Assembly (NCBI GenBank): GCA_046538485.1
Contig: JBKHIT010000002.1
Span: 1 to 64,000 of the forward strand
Source: Candidatus Brocadiia bacterium
Lineage (GTDB): Bacteria > Planctomycetota > Brocadiia > SM23-32
Length of the DNA: 64,000 nucleotides
Reading direction: 5' to 3'
The first letter of the stretch is position 1, and each line of letters opens with the position of its first letter. Below are positions 59,089 to 64,000 of this stretch, one piece after another. A program made the position numbers and the translations under genes. The notes beneath the pieces were generated by a model. It saw nothing but the letters and a program-made list of their open reading frames with translations, did not search any database and had not been told where the DNA came from.

Positions 59089-60420
<1,332 letters not shown>

Positions 60421-60895
60421 TTATTCAAGGCAAAATAGGCGCCGTTCGAGGGCGAAGGTCTATCAAAAGGACCCCAAAAAGTCAAATGATGTCCGCCCAT
60501 TTGATGATTTGCCGCCGTACAGCTTGCAGAGCTTCCGCCCGTTTACAGACCCTCAGGCGGTTTTGCATAAATCTCCTGAGGTTTAGCAGAGAAGAGCAGC
60601 AGCGGCGTTTTTGTTGGTAGCGGCATTACTTCGCACGAAAACCAAAGTTGGATAGAGTCCAACTGTGGTTTGTATGGCTCAGGAATAGAAACGCTATTCT
60701 AAAGGCGAAAACGTTTGCGCACTTTTGCCGGATTGCATAACAGTGATTTTGAAGACCGTAACCCGTATAATGGCGGGCCGGGGAGAATTTCCGGCAATCA
60801 CTTTTCAGAGACCTGAGATGTGTGGCACAAAGAGTGGTTCGAGGAGTTTGGGGGCGTTGATCATTTGACACCGGGTTTGTTAGAATTAAGTCATT

Positions 60896-61519
60896 ATGAT
60901 GGTAAAAGTAAAAATCTGCGGGCTGACTAATGTGCGGGATGCGCGTTACGCGGTACGTAGAGGCGCCGACGCATTGGGTTTTAATTTTGTTCCCAGCAGT
61001 TCCCGTTTTGTCGAGCCATCGCGCGCGCAGGCGATCATATGCGAGTTGCCTCCCCTTGTTTCAAAAGTGGGAATATTTGTGGACGAAGATCCGGAGCGGA
61101 TGAAAGAGATTGCGGAGAGCTGCGGACTGGATTACCTGCAATTGCACGGTCGAGAAAGCCCACGGGTTTGCAATAAACTGCGTGATTATAACGTGATCAA
61201 AGCACTCCGAATCCGCGATGAAGATGACGTTAAGAAGGCCGAACTTTATCGTGTAAGTGCATATTTGCTTGATGCCTACGTGGTAGGTCAGGAGGGTGGC
61301 ACGGGGGAGACGTTCAACTGGGAACTTGCGCGCGCTGCGGCGCGGGGCGGCTACGTTATTTTAGCCGGGGGGCTCACGCCGCAAAATGTGCGAGCGGCCA
61401 TCGAAGTGGCCCGACCATACGCTGTTGATGTGGCGAGTGGTGTGGAAGATGAATCCGGTGAAAAGTCGAAAGAATTGGTCGAAGCTTTCATTCGAAGGGC
61501 GAAAAGTATCGATGTTTGA
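60896..61519 (+). CDS. trpF: Phosphoribosylanthranilate isomerase
   Basis: VKICGLT, QLHG, GGTGETFNW, LAGGL and DVASGVE. Confidence 0.95.
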   Translation: MMVKVKICGLTNVRDARYAVRRGADALGFNFVPSSSRFVEPSRAQAIICELPPLVSKVGIFVDEDPERMKEIAESCGLDYLQLHGRESPRVCNKLRDYNVIKALRIRDEDDVKKAELYRVSAYLLDAYVVGQEGGTGETFNWELARAAARGGYVILAGGLTPQNVRAAIEVARPYAVDVASGVEDESGEKSKELVEAFIRRAKSIDV

Positions 61520-63530
61520 AGCGAATCGTCTGAAAAAGAGCCCGACAGGTTTGTCGCCGAGAATAGCTCTTTTTGTCTTCAGTTTTCTGGTTTTTGGCTT
61601 GTTGTATTTTGCAGAAGCTGGAGAACCGGATAATCTTCCCGGAATGGAGGCTACTGAGGAGCGGGGCAAAGATTCGCCAGAACTGGCGCGAAAAGTTAGG
61701 AGTTTGCAGAAGCGCCTGGAGCAAGTTGTTAAACAAAAAAGAAAATTATTGTTCCGGCATTCAGATTTGTATGCCCTGGCACGGTTGAAAGTAGAGAAGG
61801 CATCTACCTTACTTGAACGATATTTGTCAGACACCTATCGGGACCGTTTAATCCAGGAAAACCTGGCTGCAGGGGAACAGATACTTGATGCGCTACTTAA
61901 AGGCAAAGCTCCGCCTCTTGAGAAACATGGGCGTCTGGAACGGGCATACCTGGCATTGAACGATATGTCGGCGCAACCGTATCAGCTGTACGTCCCGGAA
62001 TCATACGATGGGTCAAAACCGTATGGTCTGCTGATTTACCTGCATGGATATGCACGTGAACTGGGCAAAGAGAACTGGGTGCGTCTGATGTACGCGGATG
62101 TGATTGACCAGTACGCGGAAAAAACGAATTGCATTATGCTGATGCCTTTTGCGCGAAGTAATACGGATTTTCAGGGGATCGGCGAAGACGATGTTTTGCG
62201 TGCGATAGACGAAGTAAAATCAGACTTCTCAATTGATGAGGACCGCGTCATTCTGGGGGGCTACTCGATGGGGGGGATGGGCGTTTGGACAATTGGAGGC
62301 CATTATCCCCACCTGTTCGCGGGGTTGTGGGCGATGAGTAGCCGGTCTGACTTTTATATGTGGAAAGATACCAAACCCGAGGAAATCGCCCCGTTCAAAC
62401 GCAAACTGGCCGAGGGGGAATTCGGAGCGAATATGCTTGAAAATTACAGTAATCTGCCGATGCTTATGATGCATGGCAGCGAAGATTTCGGTATTCCCGT
62501 CGGGCAATCCCGTACCATGTACAATCGTTTGAAACAGAAAGGAATGGACGTACAGTATACGGAGATAGAAGGTGAGGGGCATTACTTTTTTTATGATGAA
62601 ACAAAACCCCGGCCCCAGGCCGTGAAATGGCTCAAAAAAGTTGGTGGAAATGACCTGCCCAAAAAGTTTAGTTTTAAGACTTACAATTTAAAATACGACC
62701 TTGCGTATTGGGCGAATTTGCTGGGTTTTGAAGATTGGAGCCGACCGGCCCGCGTTTCCTGCGAGCTGGAGACCGAAAATGCGCGCATCAGACTCAAGAC
62801 CGAGAACGTTATGGCGTTGCGTATCAGGCCGCCCGGCAGGTTGATTTCCCAAAAACAGGACCTGCAAATTGTCTGGAACGGGAAAAAATGCGATGTTGAT
62901 CCGCAGGCGGATGGAAGTTTTGTGATCGGCTCTTACCCGGATGAGAAGGAAAGGGAAAAGAGCCTCTGGAAAACTCCCGATCTTTGTGGTCCGGTTCGTG
63001 AGGCGTTTACGGATCCCTTTATCATGGTCCACGCGGGACAGGAAACCCCGAGCTATCAGCTGGCGATAAGAACGGCCATCGACTGGATGCGTTTTGCAAA
63101 AGGTGTTCCCCAGGTGATACCGGCTTCCGAGGTGACTGAGAATTTGCTGAAGAGTCACAATCTATTTCTGTTTGGAACGCCCGCCGAGAACAAACTGACC
63201 AGGCAGATAATGCCGGATTTGCCAATTACTATTGGTGAAAAAACGATTCAGGTGCGGGACCGGGAGTACGAAACCCAAAAATGCGGATTCTGGATGATTT
63301 ATCCAAACCCGTTATCCCCGGGTAATTACGTGGTTCTCAATGCGGGCATACCATGGGGCCAAAATCTTCCGTATAACCATAAATATGACTTAATACCCGA
63401 TTTCATTGTGTATACCGATGAAGTAAGCGACGAAATTGAATGGTGCAATAAATATTTATGCGCCGGTTTTTTTGACCAGCGATGGCAGGTCAGCGAGAAG
63501 TCAATCTGGTTCTCTAAAGAACCCCGCTAA
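61512..63530 (+). CDS. Secreted alpha/beta hydrolase (esterase / S9 peptidase-like)
   Basis: [23 protein letters not shown] and GEGH, with an N-terminal transmembrane or signal segment. Confidence 0.85.
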   Translation: MFEANRLKKSPTGLSPRIALFVFSFLVFGLLYFAEAGEPDNLPGMEATEERGKDSPELARKVRSLQKRLEQVVKQKRKLLFRHSDLYALARLKVEKASTLLERYLSDTYRDRLIQENLAAGEQILDALLKGKAPPLEKHGRLERAYLALNDMSAQPYQLYVPESYDGSKPYGLLIYLHGYARELGKENWVRLMYADVIDQYAEKTNCIMLMPFARSNTDFQGIGEDDVLRAIDEVKSDFSIDEDRVILGGYSMGGMGVWTIGGHYPHLFAGLWAMSSRSDFYMWKDTKPEEIAPFKRKLAEGEFGANMLENYSNLPMLMMHGSEDFGIPVGQSRTMYNRLKQKGMDVQYTEIEGEGHYFFYDETKPRPQAVKWLKKVGGNDLPKKFSFKTYNLKYDLAYWANLLGFEDWSRPARVSCELETENARIRLKTENVMALRIRPPGRLISQKQDLQIVWNGKKCDVDPQADGSFVIGSYPDEKEREKSLWKTPDLCGPVREAFTDPFIMVHAGQETPSYQLAIRTAIDWMRFAKGVPQVIPASEVTENLLKSHNLFLFGTPAENKLTRQIMPDLPITIGEKTIQVRDREYETQKCGFWMIYPNPLSPGNYVVLNAGIPWGQNLPYNHKYDLIPDFIVYTDEVSDEIEWCNKYLCAGFFDQRWQVSEKSIWFSKEPR

Positions 63531-63565
63531 AAGGGACCGAGGGACCAACGGATGAGAGGTCTGAG

Positions 63566-64000
63566 ATGATTGTTCGTAAAAATGGATGCGCAAGGGCCGG
63601 GTTGGTCGGCAACCCTTCAGATGGCTATAACGGCAAGACAATCGCTTTCACGTTCCGCAACTTTCAGGCGGAAGTTACGCTGTGGGAAAGTCCTGATCTC
63701 GAATTGCGACCGGCTCCTCAGGACCGCGCAGTTTTCGATAGCGTTGAGCATTTGACCGAAAGCGTCCAGCGCACGGGGTATTACGGTGGGGTTCGGCTGA
63801 TGAAAGCTGCCGTAACAAAGTTTGCTGAATATTGTGAGCGTAAAGGCATCGAACTCCCCCGGCGCAATTTCACTATGCGGTACAGCACAAACATACCCCG
63901 CCAGGTGGGTCTTGGCGGATCCAGCGCAATCATTACAGCCGCTATGCAGGCATTGCTGGGATTCTACGGGGTCGATATCATGGATCACTGGTTGCCTAAT
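63566..64000 (+). CDS. GHMP kinase, glucuronokinase-like (partial, runs off the window)
   Basis: Not in the ORF track; translated by hand from the ATG at 63566. Contains [26 protein letters not shown] and [12 protein letters not shown]. Confidence 0.85.
   Translation, partial: MIVRKNGCARAGLVGNPSDGYNGKTIAFTFRNFQAEVTLWESPDLELRPAPQDRAVFDSVEHLTESVQRTGYYGGVRLMKAAVTKFAEYCERKGIELPRRNFTMRYSTNIPRQVGLGGSSAIITAAMQALLGFYGVDIMDHWLPN

Noticed and set aside
60770..60840. Hairpins upstream of trpF as an attenuator or T-box
   Set aside because: No Trp leader peptide, T-box consensus or U-tailed terminator is visible.

Overview
A 64 kb stretch of bacterial chromosome, probably from a diderm, anaerobe-like organism. 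lpxB, bamD-like and lptE genes are present, and the LRR, DUF4159/MoxR/vWA and ECF gene content resembles Planctomycetota/PVC; this taxonomy is inference only. Core genes are hisS, aspS, lpxB, ftsH, eno and trpF. The first ~14 kb is accessory. It opens with an integron-type gene cassette (a 59-bp attC, with an attI-like sequence at the window edge), followed by a truncated second cassette, a GC-rich LRR fragment, a GH99-like glycosidase, an orphan hgcB-like ferredoxin remnant, a 1142-aa secreted unknown protein, an IS3 remnant and a molybdenum cofactor cluster with a mobA-fdhD fusion. Three families of small palindromic repeats or MITEs occur in composite clusters, often at gene truncation points. 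Also present: two candidate structured RNAs (12.7-12.95 kb and 27.9-28.15 kb), two ECF sigma/anti-sigma modules, a 16.6 kb nine-gene DUF4159-MoxR-DUF58-vWA-TPR operon, a hydrolase/AAC(3)-family fusion and a partial glucuronokinase-like GHMP kinase. I recognised no rRNA, tRNA or CRISPR array. All family calls come from recognising motifs by eye; no database searches were run.
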